Source: a virus
DNA: 64,000 bases
Reading direction: 5' to 3' (one strand)
Virus record (IMG/VR): IMGVR_UViG_3300025098_000019
Span: 46,011 to 110,010 of that record
A model generated the notes under the pieces. It ran no database searches, was not told the DNA's origin, and worked only from the letters and a program-made list of their open reading frames with translations. Below, piece by piece: positions 38,203 to 48,081 of this stretch. Made by a program: the position numbers and the translations under genes. Position 1 is the first letter of the stretch, and every line of letters begins with the position of its first letter.

Positions 38203-38324
38203 ATAAATACTAGTAATGCAAATACGTGAGACCGCGTCTTGCAGGACAAACTGTGGTTAGCCAGCAAAGACCTTAGGGTGAAAAATAGGCTAGAGGGACA
38301 GGATCCCCGTGTTAAGGAGAAGAG
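38203..38324 (+). promoter_or_regulatory. Late promoter plus a structured 5' leader
   Basis: ATAAATA at 38203-38209 followed by several GC-rich stems before RBS AAGGAG. Confidence 0.55.
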
Positions 38325-41300
38325 ATGGCTGTTGGTCGTATATCGGGTCCGCTCTTAAAGTCAAACTTACTTCGATCAGGAGTAAATTTAGCCTTTGAGA
38401 ACGACTTACTAGTATTAGATGTCAATAATGACAAAGTAGGTATCAAGCTAGGACTTAACAACGGAGATCAAAACGATCCTATATTACCTCAACACGAATT
38501 AGATGTTAACGGAACATCAAAGACTACTAACCTCATAGTAGACGTACAAGCAGACCTTGCTGATATTACTATATCTGGTAATACTATACAAAGCTCCAGT
38601 GATTTAAATCTTGTAACAATAGGTGCAGATACTGTTGTATATCAAAAACAATTAGATATACAAGATATAAGCATATATGACAATATTATAAGCACTAATA
38701 ATGGTAATGTAAATTTAGAATTAAGACCAAACGGAACTGGAATTGTAGATATATTTTCAGAAGTAAACGTTACTGGAAATATTCATGCTACAGGCAATAT
38801 TACAGCAGACGGTAATATTCAACTTGGTAGTACTGACCAAACAACACCAAATGACGATACTGTAACATTTAATGCAGAAATAGCATCAGATTTAATACCT
38901 GATGCAGATAATACTTACCAACTAGGTACAGCAGCAAAACGTTGGTCAGATATTTACGTTCAAAACTTTGTTGCTACTGAGATTGACACCGGCGACTTAT
39001 TTGTTGATGGTATTGATTTATCATTACGTCAAGGTAAAATTATATATGTTGCAACAAATGGTGACGACACTAATACAGGAACACATCCTCAAGATCCGGT
39101 TGCAAGTTTAAAATATGCTATAGAAACAATAGCCAACACTGGCGATTCAATACACATATATCCAGGAACGTATACTGAAACATTTCCGATTGAAATTCCA
39201 GTAGGAGTAAATATCAAAGGCGAAAGTCTTAGAAGTGTTAAAGTACAACCAACCGTAGCATCACAAGACAAAGATGCGTTTCTTCTTAATGGTGAAACAA
39301 CAATTGAAGACATAACTGTTGCAAATTATTTTTACAATAGTACTAATAATACAGGCTATGCATTTAGATTTGCAAGCAACATTGAAGTAACTTCACGTTC
39401 ACCATACATAAAGAATGTTACTGTTATTACAGAAGGAAGTGTAACTAGCGCAGCAGATCCTAGAGGATTTGATCAAGGAGATGCTGGTAAAGGTGTTTTT
39501 GTAGACGGTAGTGATGCAACAGCAAACAGCAAAGAAGCAAGTATGTTGTTCCACTCAGTGACATTTATTTGTCCGGGTGTTGATGCAGTTACAGCAACTA
39601 ACGGCGCAAGAATTGAATGGCTAAATTCATTTACATACTTTGCTAATCGTTCAATGTATGCATATGATAGTGCAGCAGGTTTAAGAGGCGACGGCAAAAC
39701 AGCAATTAGAGTAGACGATGTAATAGGTTCATTTAGTGCAGGCGAGACAGTTACTTACTACGACATCGATGGCACTACAGTATTAGCATCAGGAACTATT
39801 GAAACAGTTGATGCAGACGGCAAATTTTATATTGACACTAAAAATACAGGTTGGGAACTTCCTTCAGAGCGTGGCGGAAAAACTGTAGCAGTTAACGGCG
39901 ATGCTCAATTATCATCATCAATTAGTAAATTTGGTATTGGCAGTTTATTACTAGACGGTACTGGCGATTATATAACAGTTAGTAGTCAAGACGATTTTGA
40001 ATATGGCACTGGTGATTTTACTATTGAGTTTTATGTATATTTTGATGCAGTATCAGGCAACTTATACGATCAAAGAACAACTGCGTCACAGGCATCGCCT
40101 GTAATTTATGTTAATGGTTCGAGTAAAATTGCATATTATGTTAATGGTGCAGAAGTAATTACAGGTACAACTACTCCTGCTACAAGTACTTGGTATCATG
40201 TTGCTGTAACAAGAGAAGGCACAAACACTAAACTGTTTATCAACGGAACACAAGAAGGTAGTACGTGGACTGATAATACAACGTATGTTGAGACAGGTAT
40301 AAGAATAGGTGCAGGATTTAATGACACTTCTTTTGTAGATGGTAACTTTGATGAAGTTAGAGTTGTTAAAGGCGAAGCAAAATATACTACAAACTTTACT
40401 CCTAGTACACTTCCATTTGTAGGTGAAGACGGTACTATTTTATTATTACATTTTGAAGGCTTAGACGGATCAACAGACATTGTTGACGATGGAATAAGCG
40501 GACAAGATATTAGATTCAGCGGAGGCGCCACAGCAAGTAAAACTACACTAGTTGATCTTTCAGACTTTGGCGCAGAAATACGTTTAATTGGTTCAGCAAG
40601 TGTTTACGGTAATGAAGGACTTGTAGGCGACGGTCCTGGCGTTGTTATGTACGCAATTGGCCATAATGTTGCATATATTGGTAACGGTAAAGATGTTGAC
40701 AATGATCCTAACACTGTAATACAAGCAAACGAAATTGTAGAAACAAATGATGCAAAAGTTTATTATTCGACAGTTGACCATAAAGGCGATTTTAGAGTAG
40801 GCGATTTATTTGTTATTGACCAAGAAAACGGTGCTATACAATTTAGTAATGCATCTTTTAATATTGATACTACTAATGGTATTGAAATTACAGATGGAAC
40901 AAATACTACACTAATTAGAGGTGACAAAATTGAAACCGGTAACTGGCGTCTAAGTGATAATACATTAGAAACCTTATCCGGTGATGCTAATATTACAGCA
41001 GCAAGTGGTCAAATTAATTTACAAGATAATGTTGATATTACTGGAGACCTAGACGTTGTTGGTAATGTTACTGTTGCAGGTAATATTACAATAGGCGATC
41101 AAAGCACAGATTCAATTAGTTTTGCTGCTAATATTGATAGCGGAATGTTTCCAACTACATCCGATACTTACGACTTAGGTAGTCCAAGTTTGCGTTGGAG
41201 AGACCTTTGGTCAAATAGATTATATGTCGATGATATAGAAATTAATGACAACTATATTACAACTACTGGCACAAATGCAGATTTAGAACTTCGTGCAAAC

Positions 41301-44300
41301 GGCGCTGGAGTTGTACGTGTACCAAGTAACAATGTTATTATTTCAAATGATTTAACTGTAAACGGAAATACAATACTTGATGATGTTACAATTAATTCAG
41401 ACTTCGATGTAACAGGTACTGTTACAATTACCGGAGATACTGATATTACAGGTGATGTAACTATTGGTCAGAATTTAACTGTTTCTGAAACTGCACAATT
41501 TGAAGAAATATTAATTGATGACAACTTTATTACAACTACTACCACAAGTGCAGACTTAGAACTTCGTGCAGCAGGAACAGGTTCTGTAGTTATACCAAAT
41601 AATGATTTAGAAATTACCAACAATTTAAATGTTGGAATTAAACTTACATCGCAAAATATTGATGTAATAGGAAATATACAATCTGCTTCTATTAGTTCTA
41701 GCGATATTAATATAGTTAATAATACAATAACAACTACTCAAACAAGTAGTAATTTAGTTTTAAGAGCCAGCGGTGCCGGCGAAATACATGTTGATACAAA
41801 TGATGTTGTATTTGGTCAAACACTAACAGTAGCAGGCGCAACTGACGTACAAGATTTAACTGTTAACGGAACTATAACACATACTGGTGATTATACGCAG
41901 ACAGGCGATACAAACATTACTGGAAACTTAGATGTTTTTGGAACAGTTACGTTTGATTCAGAAGTACAGTTTGAAGAAATATTAATTAATGACAACTTTA
42001 TTACTACTACATCTACAAGTGCAGATTTAGAGCTACGTGCAGCAGGTACAGGCAGAGTACTGATACCAAATAATCAAGTTGTAATTGAAAATGATCTTGA
42101 TGTTACTAATAATATAACTGCTAATAATATAGATGTAACAGTAGACGTAACATCACCGACATTTAATATTAGTGATGTACGAATAACAGGTAACGAAATT
42201 GCCACAACAATATCAAATGCAGACTTAGATCTTGTTGCTAATGGCGGCGGAGAAATTGTATTTAATAGTAAAGGCATTTTCAGCCAAGGACTTACTGTTG
42301 CAAGCGGCACTACAAATTTACTTGATACTACTATTGTAGGCAATTTATCTCATGCAGGCCCTGCAACATATACAGGTGATGCACTTACTACTGGTGACTA
42401 TATATTACAGGGTGCATTGACCCTTACAGGCGGTAGTGCTATTATTGATGATATTTTAATTGACACTAACTTTATTACTACTAATATAACAAATGCAGAT
42501 CTAGAACTACGTGCCGACGGCAATGGTATAGTTAGGATAGATGACAACTTAGAAGTTACAAACGACTTAACAGTTAACGGAACTTTGTCTACACCAGTGT
42601 TAGATGTTACAACAACTATTACATCTGATATCTTTAGCACCGGCGACATTGAAATACAAGATAACGTAATTACTACAACAAATACTAACAATGATTTAGA
42701 ACTACGTGCTAATGCCTTTGCATTTGTTAGGGTAGATCAAAACAATGTAATTATGAACCAAGAATTAGAAGTTGTTGGAGCTACACGATTACAAGATACA
42801 ACTGTAACTGGTAGTTTAACTCATATCGGACAAACTAATCAAACTGGCGATTTTGATCTAACTGGAAACTTAAATGTAACCGGAGATTTAGATATTTCTG
42901 GAGCAGCACAGTTTGAAGAAATATTAATCGACGATAATAAAATTACAACTACATCTACAAATGCAGATTTAGAATTAAGTGCAAGTGGCACCGGCAACGT
43001 ACTGATTAATAATGCAGCAGTATTTGAACAAAATATTGAAATTGAAGCATCTAATACTTTACGAGCTGGAACTATTAACGTTGGTACTGTGCTTACTCCG
43101 TCATTAACTATATCCGACGAAATTGAAATTGCTGGAAATGTTATTAGAGCAGTACAAAGTAATTCCGATCTTGTAATTGATGCTAGTGGAACAGGCTCAG
43201 TATTAATTCCTAGTAGTAATGTTAGTATTACAAATGACTTAACAGTGTCTGGCTTAACAACTTTAGGTAATACAGTAGTTACTGGAGATATAACACATAC
43301 TGGAAATTACGCACAGACGGGCGATGCAGTCATTAATGGTGATTACACAGTCAATGGATTATTTTCAGTTAATGCAGAAATGCAATTTGAAAATATTTTA
43401 ATTAATGATAACTTTATCACTACTACACAAACCAGTAGTGATTTAGAATTACGTGCAGCAGGTACAGGAAAAGTATTAGTTCCTAACAATGATGTTTTAA
43501 TTAACAATAACTTAGAAATTTTAGGAATAACAACAACTGAAGATATTAATAATACTGGCTTAATAACTTCAGGGTCATTTGAAACTTCTGAAATTAGAAT
43601 TATCAACAATCTTATTAAAACAATACTACCAGGTGACGATTTAATTATAGAAGCCAACGGTACTGGCACAATTAATGTAGATTCTGATTTAACTGTTACT
43701 AATGATTTTGCAGTTACAGGCGAGACTACATTACAAGAAACAAGTATAACAGGTACATTAACACAACAGGGCGGTACAGTACAAAGTGGTAATTTTGATC
43801 TAACTGGTAACTTGCAAGTTGTTGGTGATTTAACAGCACTTAGCTCAGCACAATTTGAAGAAATATTAATTGATGACAACTTTATTACAACTACTAACAC
43901 AAGTGCAGATTTAGAGCTACGTGCAAATGGACTTGGCGAAGTACTAATACCCCTTAATGATGTTGTTATTACAGATAATTTAACAGTTAACGGAGTAATA
44001 ACTAGCGGATCAATTGTAAATTCAGGACAAATAATTAGTGATTCGTTTGGCACAGGCGACATATTAATTGATGATAATACAATTACAACATCTGTTACTA
44101 GCAGTAATTTAGAACTACGTGCAAGCGGCACTGGTGAAATAAAAGTTCCTACAAGCAATGTTGAAATTACTAATGACTTAACAGTAATTGGATTAACAAC
44201 AACTGCTGACGTAAACGTTACTGGACAAATTACACATATTGGTAATACAATTCAAACAGGTGATTATACGGTAAACGGTGCTGTAGTTCTTAACGGACAA

Positions 44301-45854
44301 CTTAATGTTACTGGTCCGTCTACTTTGGACAATATGGTGTTTTCAAATAATGTAATATCCATAGATCCAAATTCAACAAATACTGATTTAATTCTTAGAC
44401 CAAACACAGGCAACGAAGTTATTATTGATCAAAATGATTTATCAGTAACTGGAGATATATTAGCACAAACTTCTACTATAAATTCAAACACTATTAACAA
44501 TACGTTCTCTGTATCAGCATCTACATTTAGTACTGGTACTATATCAATAATAGGAAACTATATTACTTCTAGTGCTGATATTATTTTAGAAGCAAATCCA
44601 GGAGATGCTGTTAGAATAGAAACTGCTGACGTAGAATTTGGTGAAGATCTAACTATTCTTGGAACTACTACTTTAAATGATTTAAATGTTAACGGAACAA
44701 TAACACACATTGGTGACTACACACAAACTGGCGACACAACTATTAATGGTAATATTATTGTCGGCGGCAACTTTGATGTTTCGGGTGCATTCCAGTTTGA
44801 AGAAATATTAATTGATGATAACATTATTACAACTACATCAACAGATGCAAACTTAGAACTAAGTGCGAGCGGCACAGGCGAAGTATTAGTTCCAAATAAT
44901 AATGTTAGAATGCTACAAGATTTAACAGTTGATGGAACAATATATGCAAATAGTGTTGTAACATCAAATTCGTTTATTTCTAGTGATACGTTTAGTACTG
45001 GTAATATTTTAATTGAAGATAACTTTATCACTACAACGGATACTAATAGTAATTTAGAATTACGTGCATCGGGTACTGGCTCTATTGATTTTGGTACTAT
45101 ACAAATTAAAGATAATACAATTTCAACAGTAGCTAATACTGATCTAATTATAGGTTCTGGAGATGCAATAGTACTTGATACAACAGGTAGTTTAGTACTT
45201 CCGTCGGGTACAACCGCACAACAGCCAGCTACTAGTTATGCAGGTAGTTTAAGATTCAATACAGACATAAATGACTTTGAAGGATATGATGGCACAAACT
45301 GGACTAGCTTGGGAGGAGTGTTTGATACTGACAGAGACACCTATATTACAGCAGAACTAACTCCGGGTGCAAATGATGGTGCTATTAGATTTTATACAAA
45401 TGGATCACTAGCAGCAACTTTAGACAGTACAGGACTTGAAACACCAAGACTTGAAATTGATAATATTTTAATTGAAAATTCTACTATTAGTTCAGTAAAT
45501 AATAATACTGATATTAATATTGAAGCACAAGGAACTGGCGGAGTAGTATTAGAAAATTTCCGTATAGCAGAAAATACTATAACTAATACTGTACCAGGAT
45601 CAAACACTGAAATTGTACAAACAGGCAACGGGTATCTTAAATTTGGAGATACTGAAGGGTTTGTAATTCCAGTAGGTACAAGTATACAAAGACCAGGAGC
45701 ACCAGTAGTTGGTGTTACACGTTTTAACACTACTGACAGTCGTGTTGAAGTATATGACGGACAAAATTGGGTATCAGTTGCTGGTTCAGCAAGTGGTATA
45801 TCAAGAGCAGATGCAGAAGATTTAGCACTAGAAATTGTATTAAGTTTAGGATAA
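38325..45854 (+). CDS. Giant repetitive fibre protein (2509 aa) with beta-helix and LamG/ConA-like domains; paralog of the previous gene
   Basis: Same MA.GRISG.LL.SNLLR N-terminus; LamG motif GDFTIEFYVY...WYHVAVTR...LFING...DEVRV; QFEEILIDDNFITTT...DLELRA repeats. Confidence 0.78.
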   Translation: MAVGRISGPLLKSNLLRSGVNLAFENDLLVLDVNNDKVGIKLGLNNGDQNDPILPQHELDVNGTSKTTNLIVDVQADLADITISGNTIQSSSDLNLVTIGADTVVYQKQLDIQDISIYDNIISTNNGNVNLELRPNGTGIVDIFSEVNVTGNIHATGNITADGNIQLGSTDQTTPNDDTVTFNAEIASDLIPDADNTYQLGTAAKRWSDIYVQNFVATEIDTGDLFVDGIDLSLRQGKIIYVATNGDDTNTGTHPQDPVASLKYAIETIANTGDSIHIYPGTYTETFPIEIPVGVNIKGESLRSVKVQPTVASQDKDAFLLNGETTIEDITVANYFYNSTNNTGYAFRFASNIEVTSRSPYIKNVTVITEGSVTSAADPRGFDQGDAGKGVFVDGSDATANSKEASMLFHSVTFICPGVDAVTATNGARIEWLNSFTYFANRSMYAYDSAAGLRGDGKTAIRVDDVIGSFSAGETVTYYDIDGTTVLASGTIETVDADGKFYIDTKNTGWELPSERGGKTVAVNGDAQLSSSISKFGIGSLLLDGTGDYITVSSQDDFEYGTGDFTIEFYVYFDAVSGNLYDQRTTASQASPVIYVNGSSKIAYYVNGAEVITGTTTPATSTWYHVAVTREGTNTKLFINGTQEGSTWTDNTTYVETGIRIGAGFNDTSFVDGNFDEVRVVKGEAKYTTNFTPSTLPFVGEDGTILLLHFEGLDGSTDIVDDGISGQDIRFSGGATASKTTLVDLSDFGAEIRLIGSASVYGNEGLVGDGPGVVMYAIGHNVAYIGNGKDVDNDPNTVIQANEIVETNDAKVYYSTVDHKGDFRVGDLFVIDQENGAIQFSNASFNIDTTNGIEITDGTNTTLIRGDKIETGNWRLSDNTLETLSGDANITAASGQINLQDNVDITGDLDVVGNVTVAGNITIGDQSTDSISFAANIDSGMFPTTSDTYDLGSPSLRWRDLWSNRLYVDDIEINDNYITTTGTNADLELRANGAGVVRVPSNNVIISNDLTVNGNTILDDVTINSDFDVTGTVTITGDTDITGDVTIGQNLTVSETAQFEEILIDDNFITTTTTSADLELRAAGTGSVVIPNNDLEITNNLNVGIKLTSQNIDVIGNIQSASISSSDINIVNNTITTTQTSSNLVLRASGAGEIHVDTNDVVFGQTLTVAGATDVQDLTVNGTITHTGDYTQTGDTNITGNLDVFGTVTFDSEVQFEEILINDNFITTTSTSADLELRAAGTGRVLIPNNQVVIENDLDVTNNITANNIDVTVDVTSPTFNISDVRITGNEIATTISNADLDLVANGGGEIVFNSKGIFSQGLTVASGTTNLLDTTIVGNLSHAGPATYTGDALTTGDYILQGALTLTGGSAIIDDILIDTNFITTNITNADLELRADGNGIVRIDDNLEVTNDLTVNGTLSTPVLDVTTTITSDIFSTGDIEIQDNVITTTNTNNDLELRANAFAFVRVDQNNVIMNQELEVVGATRLQDTTVTGSLTHIGQTNQTGDFDLTGNLNVTGDLDISGAAQFEEILIDDNKITTTSTNADLELSASGTGNVLINNAAVFEQNIEIEASNTLRAGTINVGTVLTPSLTISDEIEIAGNVIRAVQSNSDLVIDASGTGSVLIPSSNVSITNDLTVSGLTTLGNTVVTGDITHTGNYAQTGDAVINGDYTVNGLFSVNAEMQFENILINDNFITTTQTSSDLELRAAGTGKVLVPNNDVLINNNLEILGITTTEDINNTGLITSGSFETSEIRIINNLIKTILPGDDLIIEANGTGTINVDSDLTVTNDFAVTGETTLQETSITGTLTQQGGTVQSGNFDLTGNLQVVGDLTALSSAQFEEILIDDNFITTTNTSADLELRANGLGEVLIPLNDVVITDNLTVNGVITSGSIVNSGQIISDSFGTGDILIDDNTITTSVTSSNLELRASGTGEIKVPTSNVEITNDLTVIGLTTTADVNVTGQITHIGNTIQTGDYTVNGAVVLNGQLNVTGPSTLDNMVFSNNVISIDPNSTNTDLILRPNTGNEVIIDQNDLSVTGDILAQTSTINSNTINNTFSVSASTFSTGTISIIGNYITSSADIILEANPGDAVRIETADVEFGEDLTILGTTTLNDLNVNGTITHIGDYTQTGDTTINGNIIVGGNFDVSGAFQFEEILIDDNIITTTSTDANLELSASGTGEVLVPNNNVRMLQDLTVDGTIYANSVVTSNSFISSDTFSTGNILIEDNFITTTDTNSNLELRASGTGSIDFGTIQIKDNTISTVANTDLIIGSGDAIVLDTTGSLVLPSGTTAQQPATSYAGSLRFNTDINDFEGYDGTNWTSLGGVFDTDRDTYITAELTPGANDGAIRFYTNGSLAATLDSTGLETPRLEIDNILIENSTISSVNNNTDINIEAQGTGGVVLENFRIAENTITNTVPGSNTEIVQTGNGYLKFGDTEGFVIPVGTSIQRPGAPVVGVTRFNTTDSRVEVYDGQNWVSVAGSASGISRADAEDLALEIVLSLG

Positions 45855-45858
45855 AAAA

Positions 45859-46191
45859 ATGGCAACACTATTTAAAAATAAAGTATTAACGCAGGTAGGA
45901 ACAACTCCTGTACAAATTGCGCAGACTGCAAGCAATTCTAGAGCAACAGTAATTGGGCTCAGTCTTACAAATTTATTAGCAGACAAAGCTGTGTTAGTTA
46001 GCGTAATGTTAACAGATGAAACAACCACAACAGGGTATTATCTAAAAGATGTAATGATACCACCAGGCGGAAGTTTACGGGCAGTTAATGGAGGCGAAAA
46101 ATTAATTGTAGCTTCTAGTAATGAATTAATGGTAGTATCAAGCGTTGACGACAGCGTAGATGTTTTAATGAGCTTTGTTGAGATTGTATAA
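45859..46191 (+). CDS. Small beta-rich virion protein
   Basis: TVIGLSLTN...IPPGGSL...GEKLIV...DVLMSFVEI; paralog of 30500..30889. Confidence 0.55.
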   Translation: MATLFKNKVLTQVGTTPVQIAQTASNSRATVIGLSLTNLLADKAVLVSVMLTDETTTTGYYLKDVMIPPGGSLRAVNGGEKLIVASSNELMVVSSVDDSVDVLMSFVEIV

Positions 46192-46201
46192 GGAGAAATA
46201 A

Positions 46202-46561
46202 ATGAGTGGAAATTATTACGTAGGAAACGGACCAAATTTAATCCTTGATCAATACAACGGAGGAAGATATTTTTATGCGTTAAGAATAGACGAAAACGAA
46301 TTTTTGTATTTGACAAAGGTAGATATGGTACTAGATAAAACATCTAGTGTTAATTTAAATGAATCAGGTCCTGATAGTACAAAGGATTTTGAGAATTTTG
46401 AATTTGGAGTAGACTTTTTTGATAAACGTTTACCAAATAAAGAAGACGATCCTGAAATAAAAAATATGCGATATCAACAATATCGCTGGGATTCGAAAAA
46501 CATAGACTATGAAGTTAATGCTGACGGAGAACTCATAGTTAAAATAGATCCGTTAGGATAA
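46202..46561 (+). CDS. Hypothetical virion protein
   Basis: RBS AAGGAG; within the late structural cluster. Confidence 0.55.
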   Translation: MSGNYYVGNGPNLILDQYNGGRYFYALRIDENEFLYLTKVDMVLDKTSSVNLNESGPDSTKDFENFEFGVDFFDKRLPNKEDDPEIKNMRYQQYRWDSKNIDYEVNADGELIVKIDPLG

Positions 46562-46617
46562 TAAAATAAAAGATAAATACATGCAAAGCGCATGTGCTGA
46601 ATTAAAGGATAAGGAAA

Positions 46618-47994
46618 ATGGCAGAATTTAATCTAGGTAGATTACGATTTGTATGGAAAGGGGAGTGGCAGACCGGCACCGCATACCTAAGAGATGATGT
46701 TGTACGTTACGGCGGAACATCATACGTATGTAAAGCAGGACACACAGGTCAATCAAACTTCTATGCAGATAGAGATCTTGGTAGTTGGGAGATCATGGCA
46801 GGAGGATTCGAATGGGAATCTGAATGGACAGGTGGTACATATTATAAAGTAGGCAACGTAGTACGTTATGGTGTTACTGTTTATTTGTGTATTACAGGAC
46901 ACACAGCAGATCCTACAACATTCGAAAACGATGGTGCAAACTGGGAAATTTTAGTTGCAGGTTTAAACTGGAGAGACTCTTGGGGCGCAGGCATTCAATA
47001 CCAAGCAAACGAACTTGTAGTACAAAGTGATAGACTTTACATTGCATTACGTGATAATATTGGTGCTGACCCAGACACATCTGCTTTAGACTGGAGACGC
47101 TTAACAGGTTCTTTAGGACTTCAAGACGGTGACACAATTGGCGTAGATCTTATCCCTGACGCTGACGAAGTTTACGACTTAGGTTCTACAAATAACAAAT
47201 GGCGAGACCTTTATCTAAGTGGCAACACAATTTATCTAGGAGATACACAAATTAGTGTTAGCGCAGACGGCAAGATTTCAGCACTTGGCGGATTTGACTT
47301 AGGTGGTACTGAAGAACTTACCAACGGTCAAATAGCTATCACAGGCAATGTAATTGAGACTGTTGAGACAAATGCAGACGTCGATGTACGCACAAGCGGA
47401 ACAGGTGCAATTAATTTAGAAGCCGATACAAATGTAACAGGTAACTTAGATGTTACTGGAGACATTACATTAGGCGGAAATATAAGAATTGGTGATAACG
47501 AAGTTGATACTGTTGAAGTACAAGCAGATTTTATATCTAATATTGTTCCAGATGTTGCTGATACTTATGACTTAGGTAGTACAACTAAGCAGTGGGCAAA
47601 TGTCTATACAAATAATATTCGTGTTAATAATGCTATTACAACTACTGACGTAGGTACAATTGATGTTTTAAATACTAATGCAACAGTTATTAATGCATTT
47701 GGTGCAGCATCAACTATTATGATTGGTGACACCGACGGCGAAACAACGTTTAGAACAACTATTGTTGTAAATGGTGACTTAGAGTTAGACAATCAACTTA
47801 TGCCAGAATACGGTGGTACAGGTTTAACTACTATGCCAGCAAATAGTATTGTATACGGCAACGGCACAGGTGTGATGCAGACCACAGGCGAAAGTGCTCC
47901 TGGGTCAAATGCAACAACAAGTTACGGAATTTTAACAACAGATGATAGCAATGTTCCAGTATGGACCGATGTGATCGACGAAGGAACCTTTTAA
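46618..47994 (+). CDS. Fibre protein with N-terminal CBM5/12-like carbohydrate-binding repeats
   Basis: Three W..G..Y...DVV.YG...Y.C..GH-type repeats; IPD....YDLGS....W shaft motifs; late promoter at 46573. Confidence 0.65.
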   Translation: MAEFNLGRLRFVWKGEWQTGTAYLRDDVVRYGGTSYVCKAGHTGQSNFYADRDLGSWEIMAGGFEWESEWTGGTYYKVGNVVRYGVTVYLCITGHTADPTTFENDGANWEILVAGLNWRDSWGAGIQYQANELVVQSDRLYIALRDNIGADPDTSALDWRRLTGSLGLQDGDTIGVDLIPDADEVYDLGSTNNKWRDLYLSGNTIYLGDTQISVSADGKISALGGFDLGGTEELTNGQIAITGNVIETVETNADVDVRTSGTGAINLEADTNVTGNLDVTGDITLGGNIRIGDNEVDTVEVQADFISNIVPDVADTYDLGSTTKQWANVYTNNIRVNNAITTTDVGTIDVLNTNATVINAFGAASTIMIGDTDGETTFRTTIVVNGDLELDNQLMPEYGGTGLTTMPANSIVYGNGTGVMQTTGESAPGSNATTSYGILTTDDSNVPVWTDVIDEGTF

Positions 47995-48081
47995 GGATAA
48001 ATAAAAATACAAGCATATATATGCTTAAAGACTAAGGGAAGACAGGTGTTTCAACCCTTTACCTATATAGGAAGAAAATAA

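Noticed and set aside
41480-45080. Recurrent tttgaagaaatattaattgatgacaactttattacaac sequences as a CRISPR array or DGR template/variable repeats
   Set aside because: They are in-frame protein repeats several hundred bp apart that differ mostly at synonymous sites; no cas or reverse transcriptase gene in the window.
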